From: Sandaracinaceae bacterium
Lineage (GTDB): Bacteria; Myxococcota_A; Polyangia; Polyangiales; Sandaracinaceae
Direction: 5' to 3'
NCBI GenBank assembly: GCA_044220955.1
Contig: JBGAQA010000126.1
Coordinates: 1-16,769 of the forward strand
DNA: 16,769 nt
Position 1 is the stretch's first letter; every line of letters begins with the position of its first letter. The translations under genes and the position numbers were made by a program. Below the pieces are notes generated by a model. That model searched no databases. It saw only the letters and a program-made list of their open reading frames with translations, and had not been told where the DNA came from. Positions 8,271-16,167 of the stretch are shown here, in pieces.

Positions 8271-9904
8271 GGCGTCACCACCTCGGTCAGGGCCGGTGCG
8301 ACGTCCGCTTCGACCACGACGTCGGCGTAGGTCGCGCCGTAGAACGGAAGATGCGCGCCGTCGAACGGGCGGCGGTGTCGGACGTCCGCATGGTGACGCC
8401 CGTCACCTGTGTCGAGCGTCGTCGCGAAGGCGTCGTCTTGCGACGCGTCCGGCGTCATCGCGGCCGCGCCCGCCGCTGCCGTCGGTGCGCGCCGAGAGAC
8501 GCCGCCGCCCGCGCACGCCATCCCCAGCAGTGCCAGGCTCACCGCGCGGCTCGTCCGCCGTACGCGGACGGCGGCGAGCGCGATCGCCAAGACAAGCCAG
8601 GCGGTCGCGGCCGACGCAGATCTACAAGGCGCCGCGCTGCAGCTCGGTTGAATAGGGCGCGATCTCCGCGCTGCCAATCCTGCGTCGGGGCCCAGGCCGA
8701 TCGCCCCGTCGTGCCTCTCGCCCTCGGGATGGCCTGCGTCGAACCCACTCGATCCGTCGATCGACGTGCCGCCCGCGTCGGACTCCCGGACGACGCACGC
8801 GCCGCTCACGCAGCTCGAATCGCCCGGGCATGCTCCACACGAGCCGCCGCAGCCGTCGTCGCCACAGGCGCTCGCGACGCACGAAGGCATGCATCCGCAA
8901 CGCGCGGGTCGCTCGCTCGTCCAGTCAGCGACGCAGCCGATGCCGTACGCGCCCGTGCTCGGCATGGTCTCACTCGCCCCGCCTGCCCCCTCGAACTCGA
9001 ACACGTAGTGGACGCAGCCGGCTCCGACCGTTCGGCTCCCGTGCCACGTACCGTTCGCCTCCGTGCCGCGCTCGAGCGACATGCTCGTGCACACGCCGTC
9101 GATGTTCACCTGCGCGGACGTGGGCCCGACTGTGTCGTACCAGTTCGCGTAGAGTTCGACGGCCGGTCCGAGCTGGGGGTGATGCGCGCCCGCGACGAGT
9201 CCGGAAGGCGCCGCCGCGCGCCCGAAGTCCTGCGCGACGTACGACCCCACGACGCCCACACCCAGCGCCGTGCGATCGGGCGAAAGGATGTTGTACCGGT
9301 GCCCGTTCGGCCGATGGTGCGAGTCACTCCCGTATCCGCACGTCGCGCGATCGTACGGTTCGGTGAGGAACGCGTGCATCGCCGAAAGCGGCGAGCCGGC
9401 GAGCGCGATGTTCTCGGCGTAGGGTTGCGCGCCGAAGAGGCGCACGCGTTGATCGAAGGGCGTGCAGTCGGTGCACGTCGCGCAAGCGGTCGGGCTCGTG
9501 CAGAGAAGCGCGCCGCCCTCGCACGCGCAGGCTGGCGAGCCGTCGCAGGCGCCGTCGGGCTCGAACGTCGCAGCGATGTCGTCGCGCAGGTGACACGGCG
9601 AGGCGTGCAGGAGGCCGTGTCCCCACATCGAGAGGGTCGTCGCGTGGAAGCGCGCGGCGCGGCCGAGGTCGTGACTCCACATGACGGGAGGCGCCGGCGC
9701 GTAGCACTCACGTTCGGCACACGCGGAGCAGTCCGCCAGCTCGACGGCGGGGTCTGCGCGCGCACGATTCACGAGCACCAGCATTAGGCGCTCTGCCCAC
9801 GAGGGCGCACCCTCGACGGGCTCTCCCAGCGCAGCGAGCGAAGGTGTGCCGATCTCCGGGGTCGTGCATCCGACGAGCAGTGCGAGTGCGAGCAGGCGGT
9901 TCAT
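8267..9904 (-). CDS. CAP (SCP/PR-1)-domain lipoprotein with a Cys-rich repeat and a MYXO-CTERM-like sorting signal (545 aa)
   Basis: Lipobox MNRLLALALLVGC. CAP motifs VNRARADP, WSHDLGRAARFHA, ENIA, GHRYNILSPDRTALGVG and QDFG. Then CGDDGCGGSCGAC, a DAG linker and CSAAP...WLVLAIALAAVRVRR. Confidence 0.85.
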   Translation of the reverse strand: MNRLLALALLVGCTTPEIGTPSLAALGEPVEGAPSWAERLMLVLVNRARADPAVELADCSACAERECYAPAPPVMWSHDLGRAARFHATTLSMWGHGLLHASPCHLRDDIAATFEPDGACDGSPACACEGGALLCTSPTACATCTDCTPFDQRVRLFGAQPYAENIALAGSPLSAMHAFLTEPYDRATCGYGSDSHHRPNGHRYNILSPDRTALGVGVVGSYVAQDFGRAAAPSGLVAGAHHPQLGPAVELYANWYDTVGPTSAQVNIDGVCTSMSLERGTEANGTWHGSRTVGAGCVHYVFEFEGAGGASETMPSTGAYGIGCVADWTSERPARCGCMPSCVASACGDDGCGGSCGACPGDSSCVSGACVVRESDAGGTSIDGSSGFDAGHPEGERHDGAIGLGPDAGLAARRSRPIQPSCSAAPCRSASAATAWLVLAIALAAVRVRRTSRAVSLALLGMACAGGGVSRRAPTAAAGAAAMTPDASQDDAFATTLDTGDGRHHADVRHRRPFDGAHLPFYGATYADVVVEADVAPALTEVVTP

Positions 9905-9917
9905 GCTCCAGGCACCT

Positions 9918-9933
9918 TGCGAAAGGCGGGCCG
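9918..9933 (-). promoter_or_regulatory. sigma54 (-24/-12) promoter for the CAP-protein operon
   Basis: Minus strand CGGCCCG-CCTT-TCGCA with exact GG-N10-GC spacing. The -12 C is 15 nt before ATG 9904, and the promoter is divergent from a sigma54 activator gene. Confidence 0.7.
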
Positions 9934-9972
9934 AGCGCGAGACACGGCGTGTTCACGCGGCTCGCCCGCGCG

Positions 9973-10022
9973 GCGTAGCGTGCCGCGCTACACGCCCCGT
10001 CTCCCGGAACCCGCTGCGTTAC
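9973..10022. promoter_or_regulatory. Putative enhancer (UAS), copy 2, plus a degenerate second site
   Basis: Perfect palindrome GTAGCG-N5-CGCTAC at 9975-9991. A weaker GGAACC-N5-CGTTAC at 10006-10022 has its centre 31 bp away (about three helical turns). Confidence 0.6.
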
Positions 10023-10055
10023 GAACTGTGCGGACGCGCTCGCGGACCGATCGGG

Positions 10056-10061
10056 TACGCT
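10056..10061 (+). promoter_or_regulatory. Putative sigma70-type -10 box for a leaderless activator mRNA
   Basis: TACGCT (TAnnnT) 6 nt before GTG 10068; no Shine-Dalgarno sequence. Confidence 0.5.
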
Positions 10062-10067
10062 CGTGCC

Positions 10068-11381
10068 GTGGACGAGGCGACGGAGCGATTGGCAGGAGCT
10101 CCCTATCGGTTGGTGCGGGGGTTTCGTCTCCAAGTCCAGGACGGGCCGGACCGCGGCGCATCGCTTCGCACCGAGCACACCGATCGGATCTCGCTCGGGA
10201 CCGCAGAGACGAACGACCTGCGCCTCACCGATCGCACCGTGTCCCGCTTCCACTGCGAGCTGACCGCCGAGGACGATCGCGTGCGGATCCGAGATCTCGG
10301 CAGCAGCAACGGCACGTTCGTCGACGGTGTGCGCGTGATCGAGGCGGTCCTCGGCGCGCGAAACGTGATCAGCGTCGGTGGGACGCGGGTGTCGTTCGAC
10401 GCGAGCGACGATCAGTCGGTGATCGAGGCCGCGTCCGCAACCCACTTCGGTGGACTGGTCGGGCGCTCCGCGTCGATGCGAGTCGTGATCGCGCAGCTCG
10501 ACAAGGCCGCGCGCAGCCAGTCGACCGTGTTGCTCGAGGGGGAGACGGGCACGGGCAAGGGTGCCACGGCCGAAGCGCTTCATGCGGCGAGCCCGCGGGC
10601 CGCGAAACCGTTCGTCGTCGTCGACTGCAGTGCGATCCCGGCAACCTTGCTCGAGGCCGAGCTCTTCGGACACGAGCGCGGCGCGTTCACCGGGGCGACG
10701 TCCGCGCGCGCCGGATCGTTCGAGCAAGCGCACGGCGGCACGCTGTTCATCGATGAGCTCGGCGAGCTGCCGCTGGCGCTGCAGCCCAAGCTGCTGCGCG
10801 CGCTGGAGGGGCGGACCATCCGCCGGATCGGGAGCAACACCGACCGACCGGTCGACGTCCGCATCGTCGCCGCGACCAACCGGGAGCTCCGCGCCGAGGT
10901 CAATGCCGGACGTTTCCGCGCCGATCTGTTCTTTCGAGTTGCGGTGCTCCGTATCACGCTGCCACCGCTCCGCGCGCGTCCAGACGACCTCGGCCCGCTC
11001 GTGAATCACCTGCTCGACGCGCTGTGTGCGCAGAGCGGCACGCCGACAGAGAGCACCTTCGCGCTCCGGACTCCCGAGTTCGTGGAGGGGCTGGCTGGTG
11101 CGCCCTGGCCGGGGAACGTGCGCGAGCTACGCAATCACTTGGAGCGCTGCATGGTGCTGGATGCGCCGCTCGCGGTGGGCGCCGAAGCCAGCGAGCACGA
11201 GGCGCCGACCGTGGTGTTCGCGGACGCGCGGCAGCGGGCTCTCGACGCGTTCGAGCGACGCTACCTGACGGAGCTCTTGGAGCGATTCGACGGGCACGTC
11301 GCGGAGGCTGCGAGCGCCGCGAAGGTGCATCGCGTGCACTTCTATCGATTGCTGCGGCGTCACGGCATCAAGCGCGAATGA
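10068..11381 (+). CDS. FHA-domain sigma54-dependent enhancer-binding protein (FHA-AAA+-Fis HTH), 437 aa
   Basis: FHA motifs VSRFHC and DLGSSNGTFVDG; Walker A GETGTGKG; ELFGHERGAFTGA; Walker B TLFIDE; FRADLFFRV; WPGNVRELRN; C-terminal HTH (GHVAEAASAAKVHRVHFYRLL). The start was set at the GTG of MDEATERL; the extension from 9846 overlaps the divergent gene. Confidence 0.95.
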   Translation: MDEATERLAGAPYRLVRGFRLQVQDGPDRGASLRTEHTDRISLGTAETNDLRLTDRTVSRFHCELTAEDDRVRIRDLGSSNGTFVDGVRVIEAVLGARNVISVGGTRVSFDASDDQSVIEAASATHFGGLVGRSASMRVVIAQLDKAARSQSTVLLEGETGTGKGATAEALHAASPRAAKPFVVVDCSAIPATLLEAELFGHERGAFTGATSARAGSFEQAHGGTLFIDELGELPLALQPKLLRALEGRTIRRIGSNTDRPVDVRIVAATNRELRAEVNAGRFRADLFFRVAVLRITLPPLRARPDDLGPLVNHLLDALCAQSGTPTESTFALRTPEFVEGLAGAPWPGNVRELRNHLERCMVLDAPLAVGAEASEHEAPTVVFADARQRALDAFERRYLTELLERFDGHVAEAASAAKVHRVHFYRLLRRHGIKRE

Positions 11382-11401
11382 GCACGGCGGCCGCGACCGA
11401 C

Positions 11402-13102
11402 TCAGGGGCCGACGACCGAGCGGCGGAACTCGTCGGCACCACGCAGCCCTCGGTGCACAGGCTCGACGGGCGTGGCTTCGGGTAGCGTCGTAGCGGCGGG
11501 CGCAGTCACCGGTGCCTCGTGCGGGATTCTCGTCCTCGTGCGCGTGGTGCGGGAGGGCGTGCTCGGGCGCGCGTCGGTTCCGCGAGGCTCGGGTGCAGGT
11601 GGGCGATCGAGCGCAGACGCTGGAGGCGCGACCACGCGCGTTGACGGGACGACGTCGTGCGGCTCGGCCACGGAAGGCGCGCTGACCGGCCCGACCTCGT
11701 TGCGATCCGGCACTGGCCGCTGAAGCGGGACCGTGGCGACGGTGCGCTCCGTTCCGAACGTCGCGTACGCGAGAGTGCTCACCACCAGCACGAACAGCGC
11801 AACCAGCGCGAGCGCGATCCCGGTTCCTCCGGCCCGGGCGCTGGGGTTCGAGGGAAGCGGCCGGGTGGCCTCTTCAATCGCAGCGGGCGCGGCGAGCTTC
11901 GCGGGCTCGTCGGGCTCGACCGCGAGCGGGCGTGGAGCGAGCGGTGCGGTCCGCGCCGCGTCGGCTGCGCCGACGAGTCGGACTGTTCCTGCGTCGGCCG
12001 GTGGAGCCGCAGCGACGAACTCGATCTCGCGCGTGGCGACCACGCCGCTGGTCTCGTTCCCCGGGGCAGGCGCCGATAGGCCGCTCTCGCCCGAGCCTCC
12101 CAGCGCGGCCTTGATCTGCTCGTCGAGCGCACGCACCGAAGCGCCCGCCCACTCACGCACGAACGCAGCCACGACGGTCGCGCTCGCGGGAGCCACAGCG
12201 GCCCGCAGCTCGTCCGCGAACACACGTGCAGACTCGGTCCGTCGCTCGGGGTCCTTGATGAGCCCGCGCGCGATCGCGGTGGCGAGCGCGGGCGGAACAT
12301 CCGGGCGAATCGCGTCGAGCGCTTCCGGCTCGTGCATGCGGATCTGGTCCACCGTCTGGAACGGATGCTCGCCCTGGAAGAGGCGCCGCGCGGCGACCGT
12401 CTCCCACGCGACAACAGCGAGCGCGAACACGTCCGATCGCGCGTCGGCGGGCTTGGCACGGAGCTGCTCGGGAGCGAAGTAGGCGAGCTTTCCCTTCAGC
12501 TCGCCGGTCGCCGTGTTCGTGCGCCGATGGACCGCACGCGCGATCCCGAAGTCGGCCACGCGCGCGCGTCCGTCGATCCCCACTAGGATGTTCTGCGGCG
12601 ATACGTCGCGGTGCACGACCTCGAGGCGCTCGCCGAGCGGAGTCGTCGCATCGTGTGCGGCGCCGAGCCCGTCTGCCGCCTGCGCCAAGAGCGAGACGGC
12701 GATGCCCACGGGCACCGACTCGCCCGCCTTGAACACTGGCGCGAGGAGGTGATGCAGGGCGACGCCGCGCACCAGCTCCATGGCGATGAAGAGCGTGCCA
12801 TCCGGGTCACGTCCGACGTCGTAGACCTGAACGACGTGGGGGCTCTCGATGTGCCCTGAGATGCGGCCTTCATCGAGGAACATCTCCGCGAACTTCTCGT
12901 CCGAGGCGATGTTCGCAAGCATCCGCTTGACCGCGACGAGGCGCTCGAAGCCTCCCTCGCCACGAACGCGGGCGACGTAGACCTCGGCCATCCCGCCGGC
13001 CGCGATGCGGGCGAGCAACTCGTAGCGCCCGAGCGACGCCTTCTTCGAACCGCTGCCGGCGACCGGTTCGGCGGCGCCGCTCGCGTCACGGGGACCGATC
13101 AT
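11402..13102 (-). CDS. Hanks-type membrane Ser/Thr protein kinase (566 aa)
   Basis: RYELLARIAAGGMAEVY, VAVKRM, HRDVSPQNILV, DFGIA, GKLAYFAPEQ and SDVFAL; a TM (IALALVALFVLVVSTLAY); a Pro/Thr-rich extracytoplasmic tail. The start was set at MIGPRD. Confidence 0.95.
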   Translation of the reverse strand: MIGPRDASGAAEPVAGSGSKKASLGRYELLARIAAGGMAEVYVARVRGEGGFERLVAVKRMLANIASDEKFAEMFLDEGRISGHIESPHVVQVYDVGRDPDGTLFIAMELVRGVALHHLLAPVFKAGESVPVGIAVSLLAQAADGLGAAHDATTPLGERLEVVHRDVSPQNILVGIDGRARVADFGIARAVHRRTNTATGELKGKLAYFAPEQLRAKPADARSDVFALAVVAWETVAARRLFQGEHPFQTVDQIRMHEPEALDAIRPDVPPALATAIARGLIKDPERRTESARVFADELRAAVAPASATVVAAFVREWAGASVRALDEQIKAALGGSGESGLSAPAPGNETSGVVATREIEFVAAAPPADAGTVRLVGAADAARTAPLAPRPLAVEPDEPAKLAAPAAIEEATRPLPSNPSARAGGTGIALALVALFVLVVSTLAYATFGTERTVATVPLQRPVPDRNEVGPVSAPSVAEPHDVVPSTRVVAPPASALDRPPAPEPRGTDARPSTPSRTTRTRTRIPHEAPVTAPAATTLPEATPVEPVHRGLRGADEFRRSVVGP

Positions 13103-13110
13103 CGGAGTCC

Positions 13111-13116
13111 ATGGTA
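13111..13116 (-). promoter_or_regulatory. Putative sigma70-type -10 box for a near-leaderless kinase mRNA
   Basis: Minus-strand TACCAT 8 nt before ATG 13102; no Shine-Dalgarno sequence. Confidence 0.5.
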
Positions 13117-13156
13117 GCCGATGTGACTGCGCCGCGGATCGGCGCGCAGGTGTCAC

Positions 13157-13172
13157 CGGCCCGAGGCTTGCA
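13157..13172 (+). promoter_or_regulatory. sigma54 (-24/-12) promoter for the Cys-rich lipoprotein
   Basis: CGGCCCG-AGGC-TTGCA with exact GG-N10-GC spacing; the -12 C is 17 nt before ATG 13188. Confidence 0.75.
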
Positions 13173-13187
13173 GCCGGCACACGACCC

Positions 13188-14882
13188 ATGCAATCTGTTC
13201 TCGTGCGCTCCCTGCCCGTCATCATGCTCGCGCTGCTGGTGGGCGGGTGCGAGCAGACGACGTTGGTGGACTTCCACGTCATCACGACCTATCGAGCCGG
13301 CGCGGACTTCTCCGACGTGACGGTGGAGATGGACGGCGTCGTGCAGCGCCGTTCGCCCACGCTCTACCTCGGTGACGTCTTCCCGCAGGAGGTCGTTCGA
13401 GTCACCTTCGAGTCGACACCCGAGCGCCACTACCACACGGTCTCGTTGGTTCGCGCCACCGGGGAAACGCTGGCGGTGCAGCTCGAAACGCACCGCTTCG
13501 TCTCCGGGGTCAACTCGGTCGAGGTCTACCTGCTCCGCGGTGACTGCGAGGGCGTCGATGCCACCTGCGCGACGAGCGGCCAGCGCTGCATGTGCGGCGA
13601 GTGCGAGCCCGCGGGATGCGCCGATGAGCCTACACTGACCGGGGGTGAGTGCCGGAGCAGCTGCTGCACGCTCCCGACGGACTGTCCCGCGGCGCGCGAG
13701 GCCTGTGCGTCCGCCGCTTGCATCGAGGGACGATGCACGGTCGTTCCCGTCGTCGGCGCATGCAGAGACCCGCTCGTCTGCGATCCCGAACTCGGCTGTG
13801 TCCTGCTCGATGGGCCGCGTGACGCAGGCTCGGACGCTTATGTCCGAGCGGTGGATGCGGGTGATGCCGGAGATGCGTGCGCAGGCTGCAACGACGGCGA
13901 TGCGTGCAACGGCGTCGAGGAGTGCCTGGACGGGGCATGCCGTCCCGGTACGGCGATGATCTGCGACGACCACGTCGGCTGCACGCGGGACAGCTGTCGG
14001 GCGAGCCACTGCGTGTTCACGCCGGACGACACGCTCTGCAGCGCGGCGTCCATGGGACACTGCAACGCGGCGAGCGGCTGCCAGTACCCGACGTGCACGG
14101 CGGCGACCTGCGTCGCAGGCCCCTGCGAGACGGCTTCGTGCTCGGGGTCGACCTGCGTGCGCACGAGCCTGTGCTCGGCCGCGCAATCGTGCTGCGCGGG
14201 CGCCTGCGTGGTGGCTGGCTGCGATGACGGCAACGTCTGTACGACCGACTCGTGTTCTCCGGCGTCTGGATGTCAGCACGTGAACAACGTCGTCACGTGC
14301 AGCGATGGCAACATGTGCACCACGGGCGAGAGCTGCAGAGCAGGGGCATGTGGTGGCGGGGCCGCGGTGTCGTGTGCCAGCGCGAACCCGTGCGTCAGCG
14401 GCTCTTGCTCGCCCTCCACCGGCTGCACGTATGCCAGTCTCGACGGCGTGCCTTGCACGAGCGACGGCATGGCCTGTACGGCGGACATCTGCTCGCTCGG
14501 CACGTGCTCACACGTGACGTGCCCCGGCGCGCCGCTCATGGGCCCGATCACGACCAGGACCTGCTGCGGTGGAAGCAGCGGAAGCTGCGTCGATCTGAAC
14601 ACGGACGTCTCAAACTGCGGCGCGTGCGGCGTCCGGTGCGGTGCCAACGAGTGGTGCGCTCCGGGCATGACGGTAGGCCCGCCTCCGATGTTCAGCGCGC
14701 CCCGCTGCCGCTGCGATGGTGGAGCGTTCGGTTCAGGGCAGCCTGCCTGTCGTGGCACGACGCCGAACTGCTGCAGCGGAACGGGGTGCGTCAATCTAGC
14801 CACGGATCAGAACAACTGCGGGACGTGTGGCCGCGCTTGCGGGGGCACGTCACCGACGTGCGTCGCCGGAAACTGCGTCTGA
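13188..14882 (+). CDS. Cys-rich repeat surface lipoprotein of myxobacterial type (564 aa)
   Basis: Lipobox MLALLVGGC, an N-terminal beta-rich domain and a DAG linker. About six C.DG..CT.DSC-type repeats, then two CV[DN]L.TD..NCG.CG..C repeats at the C-terminus. Confidence 0.9.
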   Translation: MQSVLVRSLPVIMLALLVGGCEQTTLVDFHVITTYRAGADFSDVTVEMDGVVQRRSPTLYLGDVFPQEVVRVTFESTPERHYHTVSLVRATGETLAVQLETHRFVSGVNSVEVYLLRGDCEGVDATCATSGQRCMCGECEPAGCADEPTLTGGECRSSCCTLPTDCPAAREACASAACIEGRCTVVPVVGACRDPLVCDPELGCVLLDGPRDAGSDAYVRAVDAGDAGDACAGCNDGDACNGVEECLDGACRPGTAMICDDHVGCTRDSCRASHCVFTPDDTLCSAASMGHCNAASGCQYPTCTAATCVAGPCETASCSGSTCVRTSLCSAAQSCCAGACVVAGCDDGNVCTTDSCSPASGCQHVNNVVTCSDGNMCTTGESCRAGACGGGAAVSCASANPCVSGSCSPSTGCTYASLDGVPCTSDGMACTADICSLGTCSHVTCPGAPLMGPITTRTCCGGSSGSCVDLNTDVSNCGACGVRCGANEWCAPGMTVGPPPMFSAPRCRCDGGAFGSGQPACRGTTPNCCSGTGCVNLATDQNNCGTCGRACGGTSPTCVAGNCV

Positions 14883-14897
14883 TGCCAGGGGCACCCG

Positions 14898-15446
14898 TCA
14901 ATGCACGTCGCACGGATGCGTCGCGGTCGTGCTGCATCGGTCGGCCGTGCCGACACAGATGCCCGAGGTTGGCGTTGCCGGGACGCCGCTGTTGCATCCC
15001 GTCACCTCGCACCGACAGACCTGATCGACCGTCACGCTCTCCTCGGTCGGCGGACCCACCACGAGCGTGTACTGCGTGCGGCGGCCTATCCAGATCGAGC
15101 GCTGGAACGTCACTCGATAGCCGGGCTCGCTCGAGATCGGAGAGTCGCTGCACGACTGCGTTCGGCAGTAACGCACGCGCACCGAGACCTCCGTGGCTTC
15201 TCGCTCGCTGACCACCGAGAATCGTAGCGTCGTTCGGTCGTCCACGAGCACGGTCCGTGTGCTCGCCGTGGCGAACGTGAGCTGATCCCAGCTCGACGCG
15301 ATTCCATCGATGTCGGTGATCTCGATCAGGCGCCACGGCCGCACGCCCGTTGGGTCCGGCTCGAGTGCCACATCGAGGTCGAACACGCCGTCGCGGGCAC
15401 AACCCCCGAGCGAAAGCACGGCGACGACCAGCGCCAGTCGCCTCAT
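14898..15446 (-). CDS. Putative small lipoprotein (182 aa) with a Cys-containing C-terminus
   Basis: MRRLALVVAVLSLGGC lipobox; the start is coupled to the upstream stop (ATGA 15446-15443). Confidence 0.85.
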   Translation of the reverse strand: MRRLALVVAVLSLGGCARDGVFDLDVALEPDPTGVRPWRLIEITDIDGIASSWDQLTFATASTRTVLVDDRTTLRFSVVSEREATEVSVRVRYCRTQSCSDSPISSEPGYRVTFQRSIWIGRRTQYTLVVGPPTEESVTVDQVCRCEVTGCNSGVPATPTSGICVGTADRCSTTATHPCDVH

Positions 15447-16153
15447 AGCCGGACCACCGTTCGGTCACCCGCGGGACGCAACTGCGCGGCGTCGTCGGCG
15501 ATGTAGCCGATCGCGATCGCCGCTCCCACGACCACCACCCCGATCACCACCCAGAACCACGGCTCGTCGAGCACGGTGCTGCCCGACGGCACGGGCGCGA
15601 GCGAGATGCTCAGCCGCTCGACCGCGCCCTCGCGCAGCTCCCCGGACCAATCGAAGGGCAGAAAGCCGGCCAGATGAACCTGGATGGAGTGCGCTCCCGG
15701 ATCGAGCTCGAGCCGAAGCGGTCGCGTGCCGTCGTCCTCGACGTGGGTGGCATCGAGGCGCACGTCGTAACGGGTGGGCTCGGCCAAGCCCTCCAAGTGC
15801 AGCTGCGCGATGCGCGCGGCCACCTCGTCACGGTAGGTTCGCGCCTCTCCGATCAGGTCTGCGTCCGTCGACGTGGCGATCACCTCGTCGAACGCGGCCC
15901 GCGCATCCACGAACCGGCCGAGCGCGCGGAGAGCGTAGCCTGCGTTGAAGAGCGCGAGCGACGAGTGACTGAGGGCGTACGCGCGACGGAACGCGGGGAT
16001 AGCGTCGGACCATCGCTCCTCCCCCGCGGCGGCAGTGCCTTCCTCGAAGGCGGCAACCGCGTCGGCGGTGCGATCGGTCTGCGCGTCTGCGCCAGGCACC
16101 ACCCACACGCTCACCAGGAAAGCGAGGCTCAAGCAGACGACGTGGACCCGCAC
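15443..16153 (-). CDS. Exported TPR + PEGA-like protein with a C-terminal hydrophobic segment (236 aa)
   Basis: Signal MRVHVVCLSLAFLVSVWVVPGADA; TPR-like helices (AFEEG...WSDAIPAFRRAYALS...LFNAGYALRALGRFVDARAAF); PEGA-like VRLD...LELDPGAHSIQVHLAGFLPF; tail EPWFWVVIGVVVVGAAIAIG. The ORF-track start at 16348 is over-extended. Confidence 0.85.
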   Translation of the reverse strand: MRVHVVCLSLAFLVSVWVVPGADAQTDRTADAVAAFEEGTAAAGEERWSDAIPAFRRAYALSHSSLALFNAGYALRALGRFVDARAAFDEVIATSTDADLIGEARTYRDEVAARIAQLHLEGLAEPTRYDVRLDATHVEDDGTRPLRLELDPGAHSIQVHLAGFLPFDWSGELREGAVERLSISLAPVPSGSTVLDEPWFWVVIGVVVVGAAIAIGYIADDAAQLRPAGDRTVVRL

Positions 16154-16161
16154 AGCAACCG

Positions 16162-16167
16162 AGCATA
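16162..16167 (-). promoter_or_regulatory. Putative sigma70-type -10 box for the TPR/PEGA operon
   Basis: Minus-strand TATGCT 8 nt before GTG 16153; no Shine-Dalgarno sequence. Confidence 0.5.

Noticed and set aside
10538..10562. Walker A variant GETGTGKG (instead of GKE) as a sign of an inactive activator
   Set aside because: The catalytic Lys, GAFTGA, Walker B and Arg-finger region are intact, so there are no grounds to call it inactive.
13870..14880. Repeated DNA motifs that might be a CRISPR or DGR-type array
   Set aside because: They are degenerate codon-level echoes of Cys-rich protein repeats; there are no identical repeats with spacers and no cas or reverse transcriptase gene.
6064..15948. 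Overlapping ORFs such as 6064..7026 +, 8252..9787 +, 9708..11009 -, 13086..14279 - and 14252..15211 +
   Set aside because: Each overlaps a motif-supported gene in another frame or strand; stop-codon scarcity at high GC explains them.
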